Shown: positions 37,836-47,621 of the stretch, piece by piece | Layout: each line of letters opens with the position of its first letter | Numbering within the stretch: position 1 is the first letter of the stretch | Origin: an uncultured Methanosarcinales archaeon | GTDB taxonomy: Archaea; Nanobdellota; Nanobdellia; Woesearchaeales; CAZPJY01 | NCBI GenBank assembly: GCA_964587045.1 | Contig: CAZPJY010000004.1 | Location: 699 to 64,698, forward strand | Reading direction: 5' to 3' | DNA: 64,000 bases | The notes under the pieces: generated by a model | The model's database searches: none | Told to the model about the DNA's origin: nothing | What the model saw: the letters and a program-made list of their open reading frames with translations, nothing else | Program-made: the position numbers and the translations under genes

Positions 37836-39410
37836 ATGAAACATATAATTTGGCCTTCGGAACTGGCAGACCAGGATGTAGGTTACAAGGCTAAGGGCCT
37901 GGCTGAGCTGCAGCAGCAGCGAATACAGGTAGCTCCTTTCTTCGTCGTGACCGGAAGCGTTTTCGAGGAAATGGCAGGAGAGGTGATGCCGCGAATCAAG
38001 AACCTGCTCACCACAATCAGCGACCAAGAGTCCTTGGAAGCGAACGCGACCATCATACAGAGGCTGGTGGCCGGTCTCGAGCTGCCAGCTGACCTCAAGG
38101 AAGAGCTAATTGAGGCCTATGAGGTCCTGGAGATAGACTTCGAGAACGTCCATATATCTGATATGGTGAAGGAACTCGAGGATCCCATCGTGGCGGTGAG
38201 GGTCAGCACCTCGGACTCAGGACTCTCATCAATGCTCTCCAAGCGCATCCAGGGCCAGCTGGTAATCAAAGGGACCGATGCCCTCCGTAAAGCCCTGCAC
38301 GGGGTGTGGGTTGCCCAGTTCTTCCCCGAAATCATCAATTACAAGAGGTCCTCCAACCTGGATCCGCTCGAGCCGATATCGATAATGGTCCAGAAGGTCA
38401 TCAAGTCCAATAGGTCTTGCAGGACCGAAACCATGTCGCAGGAGCAGATATTGGTCGAGGCCATGCCCGGATCCAGCTGGGGAGTCAAGGATGAGGAGAT
38501 CGGGAAGGACAGGTTCATAGTCGCCTCTAAGGGTCTTGAGCTCAAGGAGTCTACGCCAGGAAGGCATACTAAGAGGTACCATTTCGATCCTGGATCTCTC
38601 AGCTTCCTAAAGCAGGAAGGGATATCCCTCAAGACCATCAACGACAAGGAAGCAGTTGAGGCAGCCCGCGTCACCAAGAACGCCTCTGCAATCCTCAACT
38701 CCCCGGTCAGCCTGACGATTGACATCCAGGAGGACCTGATGTTTGTCACAGACTGCACCCCGCTGGAATCCTACCAGATGCCCCTGAAGGCTTTTACTGA
38801 GGAGAGGGCAGAGGACCTGATCCATCTCGAAGAGGAACCGAAGGAGGAGGAGAAGGATCTCAAACAGGGGGATGCTGAAGAATTCGCCCCAATCGAGCAT
38901 GAGGAAGATGCTGAAAAATTTGTCCCTATCGGACATGAGGAAGATGCCGCTGATGAAGCACCGGCCCCCGATGAGGACTTCTTAGAGGTGTCGACCGACT
39001 CTGATGAGGAGCCTGAGGAGTTCATAGAGATTCAAGGAACCAAGCCGGAAGAGACCCCTAAAGACGATGAGTACGTAGAACTCCAGGAGCCCCCTGATGA
39101 AGAACAGGCAGAAAATGATGAAAGCTCAATCATAACGGATTTCATGGGAAACCAGAAGGCCATGCAAGAGCTCTCCAAGGCAATACGCACCTTTGAGCAT
39201 TCGATCGTGTCGGCACTCAAAGAAACAAGCGGAAGCGAAGAGAACCAATTGGAAGACCTTCTGGATGAGGTAGATATTGAACCTGAGCTCAAGACGCGAG
39301 CCAGGGCTGTCAAACGGCTCGCTGACCGCTACAGGGGTGGTGAGACCCTGACTCTTCCTGAAATGGAGTTCGCCCTGAAGGCCGTTAGGGAGATTCTCGA
39401 CGGGCTTTGA
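37836..39410 (+). CDS. Paralog of the PEP-synthase/PPDK N-terminal nucleotide-binding domain, fused to a long acidic, partly repetitive C-terminal tail
   Basis: GYKAKGLAELQQQRIQVAPFFVVTG...VAVRVSTSDSGLSS aligns with ppsA GGKNASLGEM...NGFAITA...VAVRSSATAEDLP but with substitutions in the conserved block. The tail is D/E-rich, with EDAEEFAPIEHE / EDAEKFVPIGHE repeats. The ATG at 37836 is preceded by gggag. Confidence 0.5.
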   Translation: MKHIIWPSELADQDVGYKAKGLAELQQQRIQVAPFFVVTGSVFEEMAGEVMPRIKNLLTTISDQESLEANATIIQRLVAGLELPADLKEELIEAYEVLEIDFENVHISDMVKELEDPIVAVRVSTSDSGLSSMLSKRIQGQLVIKGTDALRKALHGVWVAQFFPEIINYKRSSNLDPLEPISIMVQKVIKSNRSCRTETMSQEQILVEAMPGSSWGVKDEEIGKDRFIVASKGLELKESTPGRHTKRYHFDPGSLSFLKQEGISLKTINDKEAVEAARVTKNASAILNSPVSLTIDIQEDLMFVTDCTPLESYQMPLKAFTEERAEDLIHLEEEPKEEEKDLKQGDAEEFAPIEHEEDAEKFVPIGHEEDAADEAPAPDEDFLEVSTDSDEEPEEFIEIQGTKPEETPKDDEYVELQEPPDEEQAENDESSIITDFMGNQKAMQELSKAIRTFEHSIVSALKETSGSEENQLEDLLDEVDIEPELKTRARAVKRLADRYRGGETLTLPEMEFALKAVREILDGL

Positions 39411-40338
39411 TTACCACTATTCTCTTGGTAAGGTTTTTGTGTAGGTAATGCTCGTAGCTTGCGACCTCTTCCCAGCCATGCAGGAATTCCTTGTGGTCCA
39501 CAAAACTTGGGAACATCACGACTGAGGTACCCCTGACATGTTCGATGCTCTTCCTCATGAACTTGTGGTACAGCTCTGTCAGTCCTGAGGAGAGCCTGCT
39601 GGAAAGTCCGTACGGGAGGTCTGTGACCATGTGGTCGAACTTCCCTTTAATTCCCAGCGCGTCACCCTGGAGAATGTCCGCTTCGATATTGAAGTATTCA
39701 AGGTTTAGGGCACACTTGTGGACCATCAGCGCGTCCATGTCTATCCCGGTTGTGTTGATCCCCATCATGGCAGCCTCGATGATCACCCCACCTGTGCCGC
39801 AGAAAGGGTCGATTAGCGTCTGGCCGGGCCTGATACTGGTGAGGTTTACGCAGGCGCGCGCCAGGCGCGGATCTAAGGAGACCGGAGAGAATCCTGGCCT
39901 TAGGTGGGCTTTCCTTCCCATGAACTCGTTTGGATTCTCATATTCGAGCAGGCCTACAATCATCCTCTCCCCCGCCTTGGCCATGATTATTGGAAACTTA
40001 GGGCTTTTCAGGTCGACCTTCGCCTCCGGTGCCGAAGAGTGTACCAGTGAAGCAGCATCCTTCTCTGAGAGGGGTGACCTGCCCATTTTCCTTATTGAGA
40101 AGCTCCCCCTGAGCAGGGAGGCCCAGTCGTAGTTGCTGATCCCTGCCTCGAGCCGGTCAGGAGCGCAGCTTATCAGGACTCTGACCGCCAGTTTTACGTA
40201 CGCGAATCTGGGTATGGTCCCAGGGCTGACATCAGCCAGGCTCCAATCCCCATGATGCGCCACTTTGCTGGCAAGCGCTGATAGCTCATCCCTTGAGAGC
40301 TGGATATTCTGCTTGGAGAGCAGGAATGCATATACCAT
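39385..40338 (-). CDS. Trm11/Trm-G10-like tRNA (guanine-N2)-methyltransferase (THUMP-associated MTase family)
   Basis: SAM motif I LIDPFCGTGGVIIEAA and motif IV DLPYG. Confidence 0.6.
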   Translation of the reverse strand: MVYAFLLSKQNIQLSRDELSALASKVAHHGDWSLADVSPGTIPRFAYVKLAVRVLISCAPDRLEAGISNYDWASLLRGSFSIRKMGRSPLSEKDAASLVHSSAPEAKVDLKSPKFPIIMAKAGERMIVGLLEYENPNEFMGRKAHLRPGFSPVSLDPRLARACVNLTSIRPGQTLIDPFCGTGGVIIEAAMMGINTTGIDMDALMVHKCALNLEYFNIEADILQGDALGIKGKFDHMVTDLPYGLSSRLSSGLTELYHKFMRKSIEHVRGTSVVMFPSFVDHKEFLHGWEEVASYEHYLHKNLTKRIVVIKARRESP

Positions 40339-40425
40339 ATCTTACAGTAGGCTATATCTAAATAAAAAGCTTAATTATTTGCAATATGGAAAAATATAAA
40401 AAGAATTTTCTGTACAGCTATTAGC

Positions 40426-40752
40426 ATGCCCAGGGGAAGACCAATCAAATCTGCAATACGGCAGAACATTATCAACATTCTAGCCTATCTGGGAGAGGGC
40501 TACGGCTATGACATCTACAAGGTATACATACAGGTGTATCCCCGTGCATCCATGAGGGTAATCTACTACCACCTCAAGAAAGGGGTGGTTCTCGGAGAGT
40601 TCAGGGTAAAAGGCATCAAGGTCGAGGAGGGAGACTACAGCTGGGGGCCAAAGGCAGAGAAGGTCTACTATGGGCTGGGCCCAAAGGCACTCCCGCAAAA
40701 AGAGGCAAGGATCGAGAGAGCACTAAAGAATGGCAAGGCAAGAGCTGATTGA
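40426..40752 (+). CDS. PadR-like winged-helix transcriptional regulator
   Basis: IINILAYLGEGYGYDIYKVY...RVIYYHLKKGVVLGEF resembles the PadR wHTH. Confidence 0.4.
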   Translation: MPRGRPIKSAIRQNIINILAYLGEGYGYDIYKVYIQVYPRASMRVIYYHLKKGVVLGEFRVKGIKVEEGDYSWGPKAEKVYYGLGPKALPQKEARIERALKNGKARAD

Positions 40753-41371
40753 TTACGTCGAGCAAAACCTCAAGAGGGGTTTTACGAAAGAGCAGGTAGT
40801 CGCAGCTCTGCGCAGGGCCGGTTATGCTGAGGAATCCATCGCCGAGGTGTTCCCAAAATCGAAAGCTCACAAGCATGTCCTGATGACTGTTGTGATTATA
40901 GCGGTACTGGCGATAATAATTTCGTCTGCGGTTCTCGTGACGCAGCTGACCGGTAACCTGATAGAAAAGCAGCCTCTTCTGGAGCAGCCCAAGACCGAGA
41001 TCAAGCCCCCTTCAGTGAATTACGTCAAGGATGATGAGGTCTGCTCGGCTCTGGTCCGTTTCGAGATCCTGAACCTGGGGGGAAAGATCCGTTTCTGCAG
41101 TCTCGACGACAGGCCGCCGAAGGTGCAGTTCATGGCGCATAATTTCGGGAAGGTCCCAATCAAGGAGCTGGTTTTGACAGCCAACGGATGGTACACTTAC
41201 AGCCTGCCTGACACTGCGATATCCCAAGACGACTTCATAGCCAGGATGATAACTCTTGACCGGCAGGTAAAAGAGGTTACCAAAGCTAAGATTTCCCCTG
41301 TCGTCGAGGTAGATGGCAGAGAGATAATCTGTGACGGGATCACGATCGACCCCGTCGAGATGTGCGGCTGA
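40730..41371 (+). CDS. Membrane-anchored protein (single TM), function unknown
   Basis: N-terminal soluble segment, a TM helix (VLMTVVIIAVLAIIISSAVLV), then an extracytoplasmic domain. Confidence 0.35.
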   Translation: MARQELIDYVEQNLKRGFTKEQVVAALRRAGYAEESIAEVFPKSKAHKHVLMTVVIIAVLAIIISSAVLVTQLTGNLIEKQPLLEQPKTEIKPPSVNYVKDDEVCSALVRFEILNLGGKIRFCSLDDRPPKVQFMAHNFGKVPIKELVLTANGWYTYSLPDTAISQDDFIARMITLDRQVKEVTKAKISPVVEVDGREIICDGITIDPVEMCG

Positions 41372-42038
41372 CCTTGTTCTTTACTTTGTTGAAGAATCCG
41401 AGCAAGGCATAGGCCTCCCTCTTGGTGAGGAAGGACTTGCCCAGCAGTTTCCTCCACACGACCTCTTGGGTCTGCTTTTTTTCCTTTGTTGAGAAATCCA
41501 GCGCTCCCATTATATCGTTGAGCATATCCATTATGATATCCTTTTCCTTCTTACTTGCAGCCTCATACCTATCCTCAAAGCCTTGCTTGGAGAGTTCATA
41601 GAGCATAACGGCTACAGAATGTGACAGATTGAGCACAGGATATCTTGGGTTGGCGGGGATGCTGACGACGAAATCGCATTTCTTGACCTCCTCATTCGTG
41701 AGCCCTGTGGCTTCCCTTCCGAATACCAGCCCCACATCCCCACCACCCAAGTTCTGGGCTAGCTGGGATGGGGTGAGCGGGCTCCTGGGGATGTTGTAGT
41801 CCGAGCCGAGTTTTGCTGTTGTGGCGACCAGGCAGTCAATTCTGGGAAACCTTTTCAAGACCTTGACATTCTCGAGGACGTCCTGTGCCCATTTCGCCCT
41901 GTTACGGGCTTCCTTTGAGAGGTGGTCCGCCTTGGGATTTACCAAGATGAGCCTGCCAGCGTTGAAGTTCTTCATGACCCGCGCAACAGCGCCGATGTTT
42001 CCCGGATGTTCGGGCTCCACAAGTATGACATGTATCAT
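41340..42038 (-). CDS. SPOUT-class RNA 2'-O-methyltransferase, TrmJ/SpoU-like
   Basis: IHVILVEPEHPGNIGAVARVMKNFNAGRLILVNP N-terminal signature, with SPOUT motifs further on. Confidence 0.7.
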   Translation of the reverse strand: MIHVILVEPEHPGNIGAVARVMKNFNAGRLILVNPKADHLSKEARNRAKWAQDVLENVKVLKRFPRIDCLVATTAKLGSDYNIPRSPLTPSQLAQNLGGGDVGLVFGREATGLTNEEVKKCDFVVSIPANPRYPVLNLSHSVAVMLYELSKQGFEDRYEAASKKEKDIIMDMLNDIMGALDFSTKEKKQTQEVVWRKLLGKSFLTKREAYALLGFFNKVKNKVSRTSRRGRS

Positions 42039-42197
42039 CTGTACTTGGAAGTATTGGGATAATTAAAAACATTCCGAACACTTAATCCAACCCTTAAGGA
42101 CTTGTGAGACCAAAAATTGGAGGAGTAAGTCACTTCAGATATTTAATGTCGTTAACCGCACTAACAGAAACGTGCACCCCAACCGTTATCGATTGTA

Positions 42198-43436
42198 TCA
42201 AGGGATGAAAGAGAACATCCACTGGGTTATGGAAAAGCAGATGATAAACAGCAGAACCGCACCTGTGAAGTAGCTTATCCTTACCCACATCAACTGCGCC
42301 TTCTTCTCGTCGGGGATCACCCTCTTTAAGAACACCTGCAGCATCCTCCCGCCGTCAACCGGGCCAAGAGGCAGGAGGTTGGCGAGGCCTATTCCGAAGT
42401 TCAGCATGACGAGCCATCCGAAAAGCCTCCTTACCCAGTCGACGAACGCGAAGAGTGCATTGCCCCATCTCGAGTCGTCCTTGAGCTCGTATTCCTGCTC
42501 GATCCCGATGATGCCGAAGTATCCCTTGTCATGGTCACCCTCAGGGTGGGTAGTCGTGATGACAGTGAAATCCCCCTGGTCAGTTCCGAACACCACTGCC
42601 TGATCCGGCATGACGCATTCGATCTGGTCGAGGAACTCATTGCCGTTGGTAATCGGCTTCCCGTTCATGGAATATATTATCATGTCAGGAGTGATGCCTG
42701 CCTCAGCCATGGGATACCCTTCCTGAACCTCCTGAAAGGAGATGCCTGTTGGGTTGACCATGGAACCCTGTATTGGTGTGATTAGGAACAGCACCAAGAA
42801 GACAGAGATGAAACCGAACACGACGTTCGATACCGGGCCAGCGGCGAATACTGAGTACTGGACGATGTCCTCTTGCTTCGACAGCTGCTTTTCGTCAGGC
42901 TCCACGAAGGCAGCAGGGATGGGTCCAAAAAAGGCGAACCCTGAGGATTTGAGCCTGATGTTGTGCACAAGGGACATGATTCCGTGAGAAGCCTCATGTA
43001 TCACAACGACCAGGAAGATGGCGATTATCCCATGCCAGAAAGGGAGGAATATCGGCGATCCCGGCACCCTTATGCCGGGCAGTATTATCCCGATAGCAGG
43101 TGTAGCTGCCGGCTGGACGACCAGCTCGTAGGCGTTCTTCAGTATGAAGTACATGATATAAATCATGCCTACGAAACCAGCTCCCACGGCGATGTATCCC
43201 ATAACCCGGAACCACTCCCTGAAGCGTTCGGCGGTCTTCTTCATGAAGGCAAGGCCGATTGTGGTGCGGTAGAGAGCTATGATCTTGGCCTGTATCTCGA
43301 ACTTTTTCTTGTTCGCGAGTATTAGCACAACGGCTAGGGTGTAGAATATTATTACCCACTTGTACTGGAGAATGAAGGATATCATGCTCATTTTTTCCTG
43401 ACAGGTCTCAAAGCGCTGCTCTTGCACTTCCTGCAA
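42198..43436 (-). CDS. Site-2 protease-family (M50) intramembrane zinc metalloprotease with PDZ-like insert
   Basis: HEASHG (HExxH) inside a TM helix, multiple TM segments, and a central PDZ-like region. Confidence 0.7.
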   Translation of the reverse strand: MQEVQEQRFETCQEKMSMISFILQYKWVIIFYTLAVVLILANKKKFEIQAKIIALYRTTIGLAFMKKTAERFREWFRVMGYIAVGAGFVGMIYIMYFILKNAYELVVQPAATPAIGIILPGIRVPGSPIFLPFWHGIIAIFLVVVIHEASHGIMSLVHNIRLKSSGFAFFGPIPAAFVEPDEKQLSKQEDIVQYSVFAAGPVSNVVFGFISVFLVLFLITPIQGSMVNPTGISFQEVQEGYPMAEAGITPDMIIYSMNGKPITNGNEFLDQIECVMPDQAVVFGTDQGDFTVITTTHPEGDHDKGYFGIIGIEQEYELKDDSRWGNALFAFVDWVRRLFGWLVMLNFGIGLANLLPLGPVDGGRMLQVFLKRVIPDEKKAQLMWVRISYFTGAVLLFIICFSITQWMFSFIP

Positions 43437-43556
43437 CTAACCTTTCCGGCTATGACCTGCAGATTAGGAGCCTTGATGACAGACTTGCATCTCTTGCAAA
43501 CGAATTTGTTGTGGAACAGGCGAACCTCCGCCTCTGGTATTTTTGCCATTTTTCAC

Positions 43557-43955
43557 CTAATCCGGCTTGATTTGTTTCAGTACTTTGTCGCCCATGATGT
43601 CCCAGTAGAGGACGATGGCGGTCTCCTTCACTTCAGCTCTCATGTCCTCAGGAATCTTGATGTCAAAGGTCTCGTAGGTCTCCATGTCCATGACATTCGC
43701 CGTATCACCTGAGATTGACAGGACCTGGGCGTTCTTCTTCTCGATAAGCGGCACCTCGATGTTGTCATGTCCTGGCATGACAATCTGGCGCTTCTTGTCA
43801 TCGATCAAGCCGACGGCTGTGAGTCTGACCTTGGCGTGGCCGTGCTTTCCCGGCCTTGAAACTTGAGTATCGGTCACCTTACAGGCGACACCTTCAACAA
43901 TGACGTACTGCCCTTTCTTGAGGCCTCCTACACTTGTCAATTTCGTAGCCATCAT
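43557..43955 (-). CDS. eif5a: Translation initiation factor 5A (aIF5A)
   Basis: Hypusination loop SRPGKHGHAKV. 131 aa. Tandem ATG ATG start preceded by an AAGGAGG SD. The listed 282-aa ORF is a spurious upstream extension. Confidence 0.85.
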   Translation of the reverse strand: MMATKLTSVGGLKKGQYVIVEGVACKVTDTQVSRPGKHGHAKVRLTAVGLIDDKKRQIVMPGHDNIEVPLIEKKNAQVLSISGDTANVMDMETYETFDIKIPEDMRAEVKETAIVLYWDIMGDKVLKQIKPD

Positions 43956-44046
43956 GAATTCCTCCTTAATTCTTGGGAAACGTATCCCATTTATAAAAGT
44001 TTTGGGAGGATAAAGTATATAAATGGTCCTGTTTTCCTCGAGAGGT

Positions 44047-44697
44047 ATGAGAATCTTCGCAGATACAGCTGATGTCGCGTACATAAGAAAATTGGCTTCC
44101 ATGGGCGCAATCGATGGCGTCACGACCAACCCTTCGCTGCTGGCCAAGGAGGGCAGGGACCCTTCAAAGGTCATGAAGGACATACTGAAGGCTGTGGAAG
44201 GACCTGTTAGCCTTGAGGTCACAGCTTCGGACACCAAAGGAATGGTCGCTGAGGCGGAGAGGCTGGCAGCTCTTGGCAAGAACGCCGTCATCAAGATACC
44301 GATGACACCTGAGGGCATGCTTGCTGTCAAGGAGCTGTCCGGAAAGGGCATCAGGACAAATGTGACTTTAGTCTTTTCCCTCGCGCAGGCGATTCTCGCA
44401 GCCAAGGCAGGCGCGACCTATGTCTCCCCTTTCGTCGGCCGCCTGGATGACGCCGGCCAGGACGGAATGCAGCTGGTGGAGGAAATTCTGACAGCCTTCG
44501 ACAACTACGGGTTCGGCACAGAGGTTATCGTGGCTAGCATTAGGGGAATGCAACATGTCAAGGAAGCCGCGCTGCTCGGGGCGGATGTCGCCACGATTCC
44601 GCCTGCGATCATCGAACAGATGTTCCGGCATCCCCTCACCGAAGTGGGGATAAAGAAGTTCTTGGATGACTGGAATAAACTAAAGAGTAAGAAGTAG
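44047..44697 (+). CDS. tal: Transaldolase (short Fsa/TalC-type)
   Basis: [10 protein letters not shown]...TTNPSLL...KIP...Schiff-base lysine context. About 216 aa. TATA-like boxes lie upstream. Confidence 0.8.
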   Translation: MRIFADTADVAYIRKLASMGAIDGVTTNPSLLAKEGRDPSKVMKDILKAVEGPVSLEVTASDTKGMVAEAERLAALGKNAVIKIPMTPEGMLAVKELSGKGIRTNVTLVFSLAQAILAAKAGATYVSPFVGRLDDAGQDGMQLVEEILTAFDNYGFGTEVIVASIRGMQHVKEAALLGADVATIPPAIIEQMFRHPLTEVGIKKFLDDWNKLKSKK

Positions 44698-45087
44698 GAT
44701 TGCTATCACGGCGAAACCTATCCCCACCACTTTGAGGAGCGTTAGCTTTTCTGCAAGGAACAGAACCGCGACGAGAGCAGTGACTGCAAAGCTCAATCCC
44801 CGCAGGGTGGCTGCTATGCTGGCCTTCCCCATCTGAATCGCCGCGATGAACGATATGAAGGAAAGTCCGGCGATTATGCCCGCGATTCCGGCATATTTCA
44901 AGCTCTCAAGGTTATACTTCTTGTTCCTTGACAGCAGCCAGAAGATTAGGATAACAGCTGTCATGAACACAGATGCGATCAGGGTAGTAGTCACAGGATC
45001 CGTGCTCCTACCTGCAAGCTTGTAGAGGATTGCAGTAATCCCGTAACCGGCCATTGCAAGGAGCGCAAGCAACAGGTAAGGTTCCAT
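44680..45087 (-). CDS. EamA/DMT-superfamily small membrane transporter (4 TM)
   Basis: Four hydrophobic helices with an EamA-like pattern. Confidence 0.45.
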   Translation of the reverse strand: MEPYLLLALLAMAGYGITAILYKLAGRSTDPVTTTLIASVFMTAVILIFWLLSRNKKYNLESLKYAGIAGIIAGLSFISFIAAIQMGKASIAATLRGLSFAVTALVAVLFLAEKLTLLKVVGIGFAVIAILLLTL

Positions 45088-45233
45088 AGGCCTTGAGAGG
45101 TTAATTGTGTATTTAAATTTATGGAGTATGCATAAATGTTATCGTAAAAATGTAAAAATATTTTAGTTATTAAAGCAAAAAATGTAAGATAATTTCTTAA
45201 TTAGGCCACATTACTTAGCATATTAGTGGTAAT

Positions 45234-45938
45234 ATGAAAAAATCCAAATTATGGTTTCTAATGGTTCCCCTACTTGCCATTGGGCTTGGAAAAGAGGCTC
45301 CGGCCCAGGACCTCACTGCGATAATCGAGAACACGGTAATCAATAAAAACATCTTCGTCGGGATGAACTTTGGGAACAAGCCGATGGAACAGCTCTACAC
45401 AACTTTCGGCAACAAGCACTTGGCTTTCGGTACCTGGTGCAGTTACAGCCTCAAAGACATGAAGATGCAGGAAGTCGATTATTACTTATCCTCTCCGATC
45501 AAGGTCAACAAACACCTAACCCTGGAGCCTGGCGCAGGACACTATACTTTCCCTAACACCGAAGACGAGGACGCCCAGGAGCTGTACCTGGAGGCGAGGA
45601 CCGTCGGCCTGCCATTCGACTACTACCTACTGCTCGGGAAAGCCTTCGGACCGGTCAGCAACTACGGACATATTGCCATGGTAACTGCAAAAAAGCCATT
45701 CGACATAAGCAAACAGGTTAAGCTCATCCCAAAGATAGAGTTCATCTACAATGATCACTATTTCACAACGGCTTCGGGATTTTCTCATGTGGGGACCAAC
45801 CTGGCGTTATCGTTCAATCTAATGAAAAAGATGAGCGTATCTGCCACAGGAACTTACCAGTTCCACGTAAGCGATGCTTTTGAAGGAATCACTCTCGACG
45901 AGAGCTATTTCACGGTTAGTGTGACGCATACTTTCTAG
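45234..45938 (+). CDS. Secreted protein with signal peptide and beta-barrel (OMP-like) character
   Basis: N-terminal signal peptide MKKSKLWFLMVPLLAIGLG, amphipathic alternating-residue strands, and a C-terminal ...SVTHTF ending in Phe. An AT-rich 150-bp region lies upstream. Confidence 0.4.
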   Translation: MKKSKLWFLMVPLLAIGLGKEAPAQDLTAIIENTVINKNIFVGMNFGNKPMEQLYTTFGNKHLAFGTWCSYSLKDMKMQEVDYYLSSPIKVNKHLTLEPGAGHYTFPNTEDEDAQELYLEARTVGLPFDYYLLLGKAFGPVSNYGHIAMVTAKKPFDISKQVKLIPKIEFIYNDHYFTTASGFSHVGTNLALSFNLMKKMSVSATGTYQFHVSDAFEGITLDESYFTVSVTHTF

Positions 45939-46612
45939 AAGCCGAAGATTGACCTGATTCTCTTCTTGGCCGCCAAGCGGCTTAGGCTCCGCTCGAGCTC
46001 AGCCGCATTTGGGTAGGCCTTCTCATCCTTCCGGAAGGCGGCCGAATGGTACCTGCTTCTCCTCCCGGTGCTTGAGAACTTGTGCTTTTTGTGGAGCATC
46101 TCATGGTACATCACGTAATCGAGCAGTTCCTGCTCTCCTTCCAGTATTGCCGACATGGTTATTGTGTCGGTGCCGTAATCATAGCTGCCGAACTTGTGGA
46201 AACTTGCAGTACCCCAGACCAGGTTCGGAGCCTCCATCTGCCCATAGAGGAACTGATCGTTGACGCGCTCGAATGACTCCAGAAGCACCGGGTCCTGCGC
46301 GTCCTTTGGGATGGCGATGTGAACATTCTTGAGGAAGATGTGGTAGAGGTCCATCGCTGTGGTCTTCTTCCCGCCTTTGAACAGCCTGACCATCAGCGAC
46401 TGGATGAGCCCCTTGACGATGTCGCGCTGGACTCCTTTCCATTCCCTGCTCAGACGCAGCTCAAGCCTTTTTGTGAAGCCTTTCTGAACCATCCTGATGT
46501 TTGCGTTGTAGCTTGAGAACTTGCCGGAGTACTTCAGCGACGTCTCGAAGCCGAAGCCCTTCTCCGGGTATAGTTCTGAGTAAGCTTCCTCAATCAGGTC
46601 CATTGCGATCAC
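45935..46612 (-). CDS. DUF45/YgjP-like metal-dependent hydrolase
   Basis: C-terminal YVMYHEMLHKKHKFSSTGRRSRYHSAAF has an HExxH zinc-binding motif placed as in the YgjP family. Confidence 0.5.
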   Translation of the reverse strand: MIAMDLIEEAYSELYPEKGFGFETSLKYSGKFSSYNANIRMVQKGFTKRLELRLSREWKGVQRDIVKGLIQSLMVRLFKGGKKTTAMDLYHIFLKNVHIAIPKDAQDPVLLESFERVNDQFLYGQMEAPNLVWGTASFHKFGSYDYGTDTITMSAILEGEQELLDYVMYHEMLHKKHKFSSTGRRSRYHSAAFRKDEKAYPNAAELERSLSRLAAKKRIRSIFGF

Positions 46613-47508
46613 TTCTCTAGAATCATCTTCGAAGACACGAGGTTGATGACCAGCTCAGCGATCTTCCTGAGGTAGTACAGCATCCTTACCTCGCTTGGGG
46701 TCGCCTTCATGAACAGCTTGTCGCTTCTTTCGCGAAGCTCGTAGCGACGGTCGACGAGGCTCATCACTCCCTTATCGTTGTAGGAGTAGAACAGCTTGTG
46801 GAAGTCTTCGACCATGGTGTTTATGTCCGCGTAGAGCCTCATGACCTCTTTGCTGATCTTTGTGTCCTCGAGCCGAAACATCCTTGAATACTCGTCACCC
46901 AGTAGCTCAAGCAGCGTTAGTATGGTATAGTAATGGATGGTGTCCTTGAAGATGCGGTGTCCGTACTTGTTGAGGCTTCTTAGGCAGTAGTTGACGAACT
47001 TGTTGATATGGTAGTCGCGTTTCTGCAGCTCGTTGAGCTCGGTGAGCTTGCCCTTTTGGATTAGCTCATAGCCTTCCTTGGCCATGGAGAGTATCAGGAG
47101 GAATATCCTGCGCAGCACGTTGTCGAACTCTATGTCAGGAGTGCCTGCCAGGTCCTTGATCAGCATGAAGCCGGTCCCCTGGTCCATTATCTCGAAGCCT
47201 GGCATGTAGAGCACGCTGCGTTCGATGACTTCCTGGTAGCTTGGGTCGTCGAACTTCACCATCACCTCATCATCTCCCCGCACATAGCAGGTGCGTAAGC
47301 GATATCGCACCATGAACACAGGCAGTCCTGATAAAATGAGCTCTGAACTCTTGGAGACAGTCGATTTCTCAGTGCTGACCCTGAGTCCCTCAGGCTCTAT
47401 GTCCACTTCCAGCTCGTCGCCCGCTTTGAGCTTGTAGCGCTTGGTCCACTTGGCAGGAAGGGAAAGTGTCAGGCTGGAAGTTCCCTGTTTGATGATCTTG
47501 CGTTTCAT
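46609..47508 (-). CDS. Archaeal AbrB/SpoVT-like plus PhoU-like domain regulator
   Basis: N-terminal swapped-hairpin motif KQGTSSLTLSLPAKWTKRYKLKAGDELEV, followed by a helical PhoU-like region. Confidence 0.5.
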   Translation of the reverse strand: MKRKIIKQGTSSLTLSLPAKWTKRYKLKAGDELEVDIEPEGLRVSTEKSTVSKSSELILSGLPVFMVRYRLRTCYVRGDDEVMVKFDDPSYQEVIERSVLYMPGFEIMDQGTGFMLIKDLAGTPDIEFDNVLRRIFLLILSMAKEGYELIQKGKLTELNELQKRDYHINKFVNYCLRSLNKYGHRIFKDTIHYYTILTLLELLGDEYSRMFRLEDTKISKEVMRLYADINTMVEDFHKLFYSYNDKGVMSLVDRRYELRERSDKLFMKATPSEVRMLYYLRKIAELVINLVSSKMILEK

Positions 47509-47621
47509 ATCCTTTGAAAGGAAGAGATAATATATTAATATTTCGATTGAATATAAATATATGCTATAATATATTCGATATCAAAAAAGAATATATTTAT
47601 TTTGTCTTCTCCAATGATTAG

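Noticed and set aside
38880-38960. Near-tandem 39-bp nucleotide repeat (gaagatgctgaagaattcgcccc… / gaagatgctgaaaaatttgtccc…)
   Set aside because: Not a CRISPR or mobile repeat. It is coding sequence for the repeated acidic peptide EDAE(E/K)F(A/V)PI(E/G)HE within the 37836-39410 gene.
43956-44405. Upstream part of the listed 282-aa ORF containing the aIF5A gene
   Set aside because: aIF5A is about 131 aa with its own SD and tandem ATG. The extension is antisense to the transaldolase 5' region and promoter and has no features.
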